Assembly (NCBI GenBank): GCA_964430885.1
Contig: CAYSHM010000001.1
Coordinates: 187,280-251,279, forward strand
Length of the DNA stretch: 64,000 bases
Direction: 5' to 3'
Source: an uncultured archaeon
GTDB taxonomy: Archaea > Thermoplasmatota > Penumbrarchaeia > JASLWR01
Part shown: one piece after another, positions 63,101 to 64,000 of the stretch
How positions within the stretch are numbered: position 1 is the stretch's first letter
Layout: the number at the start of each line of letters is the position of its first letter
Program-made: the position numbers and the translations under genes
Notes under the pieces: model-generated
The model's input: the letters and a program-made list of their open reading frames with translations, nothing else
What the model was told of the DNA's origin: nothing
Database searches by the model: none

Positions 63101-64000
63101 GTATGATGGACGATGCTGAATTTCAGGCGGTTGACTACTTCAGTTTGAATGATAACCCTGACATCAAGGAAGGTGAGTATTCCTACATGGATGGAATGGT
63201 CTATATCACAGCTGAGGACACTGATGAGTTCCTTGAGGGCGAGGTCACCCTGCAGATACCCGTTAGAGTGTTCAACAGGCTGAATGTCTGGCTTGTGGAT
63301 GAGGAGATAGGGGCCACCGAGTTCCTTCTGGACACACCCTTTGAACTGAGGCTGCCGGTCCACTACAAGACTCCTGCTGCCTCATTCCCTGACAACCTGC
63401 AGCTCCTGGTCAAGTGTTCAATATATCATGAGGTCAACATCCAGGGCGTGGAACAGGGTGAAGAGCATGTGATCCATACCAGCGGAGCTCCCAACGGAAC
63501 CTTCAGACTGCTTTATCTGCATGCTGACCAGGAAGGTGTAAGAGAATACGGCGCACTCATTCCATTTGAGAGCATGGCCAATGCTCTGAACTACGACAAT
63601 GATAACGGAGATAACCTGAACTACCTTAAGGTCGAGCTAATCGATATTGCCGGTGGTGCTGATATGAGTGACTTCCAGTGGAATGCTGATGATGATTCAG
63701 CACTCATAGAACTCCATGCCGTGGCGGCCCCCCCTGCATCCGAGACCCCGTCATTCGCTCCCGGATTGGCAATAATGATTCTGGCCCTCCTTGCAGGGGC
63801 GGTCATTGCCAGCCTCTATTCCAAAAGCGATGAGAAGGGACGGAAAGGGAAGAAGGACGAGGATGGTGTTTCACCTGTTATAGCTATCATTCTCATGGTG
63901 GCCATAACCATCGTTCTTGCAGGTGTTCTCTGGCTCTGGGTGTCAGGACTTGTGGATACGCAGAAGAGCAACGATATCGAGTATGTTGATACTGCCTGGG
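57121..64000 (+). CDS. Giant surface protein (at least 2293 aa, 3'-truncated) with four ALK/LTK-like glycine-rich modules, a TPSF+TM segment and an internal archaeal type IV pilin N-terminal domain
   Basis: ATG 57121 preceded by GGAG; signal peptide MEKNIDGKKRMHKILLISVICALVLTGIAIL; I found no frame +1 stop before the window end, which explains its absence from the ORF track; window ends in TPSFAPGLAIMILALLAGAVIASLYSKSDEKGRKGKKDEDGVSPVIAIILMVAITIVLAGVLWLWVSGLVDT. Confidence 0.88.
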   Translation, partial: MEKNIDGKKRMHKILLISVICALVLTGIAILVADFFESDSNSNVTVDEVVFLPYQNEKTVDAQTMSYGMAAKYSDGTTGNLPDMSNYYVASLEMAEDDSLEISSTYTSRAGEETWSFNNVSTGRYGNLQNWQAPQDGIYIIEAWGAEGGKSNGQSGGMNVMGGKGARIKGDFELSQGDSLDILVGQKGEDANCGSGGGGGTFVVKGNDLLVAAGGGGGGFHCHWAGYGLEGVDGQAGQDGTAGNNHPNRPSRPGGTNGQGGSGYFGGGGGGWLSGGYCNTYGDGGGGAYPGNGGRYGGGYGGGGGRYSGCCGGSGGGGGYSGGSVGGSDVTAGGGGGSFNDGDNPDNEGGIRSGHGMVEITYTGGGTSSEYGQEFEEGTGVSMTFNNCSATGRYGPTQGQVNSSYSGTDLAGQVTINTQGVQEWTVPSDGTYTIEVWGAQGNHSVYNGGYGARMKGEFDLDQGQVLSIVVGQQGGTESGNSNRSGGGGGGSFVYENNTLFIAAGGGGGHTGYSGGGYNWRGNSDAEATENGNAGCGWGPGQGGAGGTNGNGGGGAYWGGAGAGWLSNGGDANAYGGNQGGRTRTSGWIGGDPTSYGGIGGFGGGGTGGYAYGGGGGGGGYSGGGAGTDPGSGGGAGSYNDGENQDNEAGINSGHGEVVISTPPNAIATYYKETFSDPLSGDNATEFGTAWRANSDLESARNERIVTEPILVEVANYTFTNCGSTGRTGPNQGDVNSEYSGTSLEGDVSINTQGYQEWIVPETATYTIIAHGAEGGEVNGSNVGGKGAKMQGDFDLNQGEKLIILVGQRGSNPSNYNYEGGGGGGGTYVTEGNNYNSSTALIVAGGGGGATASYQGVNQPGQGGLITNTGTGGGSWGSYHDSGGAGFVGNSQGGYAHSFRNNGIGGNSNYNGDGGFGGGGASIHHPGGGGGGYHGGMGGHNFSTTARGGGSYNNGDNPDNTADTNTGHGLVEIVRYEEMDDPGFDAYEEEERGPYCWVMDNPEPVVRDLNLNELTMHIGLDAGEEDVTELTLDFAAAIYGNCDPMPPVFSNGDEWTYDGVAVSTNGVNWYKVWSPVNPAGWYMHEGFDLLSILPNNSVDSQEDLFIKFMQYGGGAFPDETILWDEITLRANPEVEFLFEVPSLEVSIDADPEPFRIYAEGQGDPDMATVNVNIDGIGAALGGGNTRADPIIYTFNNCGATGYSGPSQAQMNNQYSGTPLDGLITRVGDGMQRWTVPESGLYTIEVRGAQGGNSNNYQGGNGAILRADFELEQGDDYLVLIGQRGINGGSGGGGAGGSYVAKGNNYNSADPFIIAGGGGGGNDYGQDGGNGKDGRTHTSGGDGNRGSGGTNGNGGTSGSCSNSAPAGGGFFTNGECCNCWCGPSGAGKAFRNGGNGGSGCGNGCYFGGFGGGCKTWTSGVGGAAAGGYSGGGAPNHCCGRGGGGGSFIDNSGVNVATSDGQYDGSGTFGGDNIENLNSWRQGHGEVIITYVGGGDPAASEVRFTYERADGIIIDNDPGITEITWSSADENPDDDAVFVGDEFDIEFTISSAEGFAGEIGPFNIQYVSWDNEIINMDLESPYLRVQEFSYADFSEDSMFIANNHGQIPGQENLITLASYDDLEPPGEMIPQEFHNWILDFPTVDDVWLEDTPESHQKYLHIEGGEPGDEGTITVTHGAARGTGDTFVLPITLTSGPASTATVTALDTYMYSMTDILTVSVEDNFGNAAVDWTGKMYIRLDAGEVDFSAEVEVEDDGGSYDGWLYYEFTPADRALHTFFITPWTYIGDGNTIIHFETIAGLSADVSLDVDAGPVHHLLVTPDWDEMGVAPRPENYIYAGETLYLDVQAVDMGDHVSTTYTAPIIAEHNSSATGELEPETWRTETSNVALEMIDGEITVADQLTEFVFYQAAENLEISMKSGINHAVNGRLDLEVRAGPLAELAPIPDPSTMDALHAADGHLLIPVSGTQFFDVLAFDEWGNPVTEYDITDWDADEIIGMMDDAEFQAVDYFSLNDNPDIKEGEYSYMDGMVYITAEDTDEFLEGEVTLQIPVRVFNRLNVWLVDEEIGATEFLLDTPFELRLPVHYKTPAASFPDNLQLLVKCSIYHEVNIQGVEQGEEHVIHTSGAPNGTFRLLYLHADQEGVREYGALIPFESMANALNYDNDNGDNLNYLKVELIDIAGGADMSDFQWNADDDSALIELHAVAAPPASETPSFAPGLAIMILALLAGAVIASLYSKSDEKGRKGKKDEDGVSPVIAIILMVAITIVLAGVLWLWVSGLVDTQKSNDIEYVDTAW
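63850..63954 (+). other. Internal class III (prepilin/archaellin-type) signal peptide, Pilin_N/DUF1628-like
   Basis: KKDEDG|VSPVIAIILMVAITIVLAGVLWLWVSGL matches the archaeal pilin consensus (A/G)VSPVIG.ILMVAIT..LA.V; predicted cleavage after the Gly codon 63865-63867. Confidence 0.85.

Noticed and set aside
57522-63806. Many short ORFs listed by the track on both strands
   Set aside because: They are shadow frames of the single frame +1 gene starting at 57121, favoured by GGN-rich codons
63775-64000. Separate pilin gene starting at internal ATG 63775
   Set aside because: That ATG is in the same frame and inside the first TM helix, with no upstream stop or clear RBS; internal initiation cannot be fully excluded

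Overview
Archaeal chromosomal segment, most likely from an uncultured Thermoplasmatota-type lineage. This is inferred from the PolD small subunit, archaeal CoaD, R15P isomerase, NcsA, a PGF-CTERM signal, GGAG/GGTGA ribosome-binding sites and many PKD/NosD surface proteins with cytoplasmic Zn-ribbon or SHOCT tails. It mixes housekeeping genes (DP1, tsaC/sua5, phosphohexomutase, MEMO1, cyclophilin, acyl-CoA synthetase, tRNA-Ser(GCT), GT4 enzymes, wecB) with about nine large cell-surface proteins. No mobile element, CRISPR array or rRNA was seen. The main discovery is missing from the ORF track: an open frame from 57121 past the window end (at least 2293 aa). It encodes a secreted protein with four ALK/LTK-like glycine-rich modules, then a PGF-CTERM-like 'TPSF' motif and TM helix, then an in-frame internal archaeal class III (type IV prepilin) signal, KKDEDG|VSPVIAIILMVAITIVLAGVLWLWV. 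This looks like an adhesin-pilin polyprotein. All family assignments come from motif recognition, not database searches.
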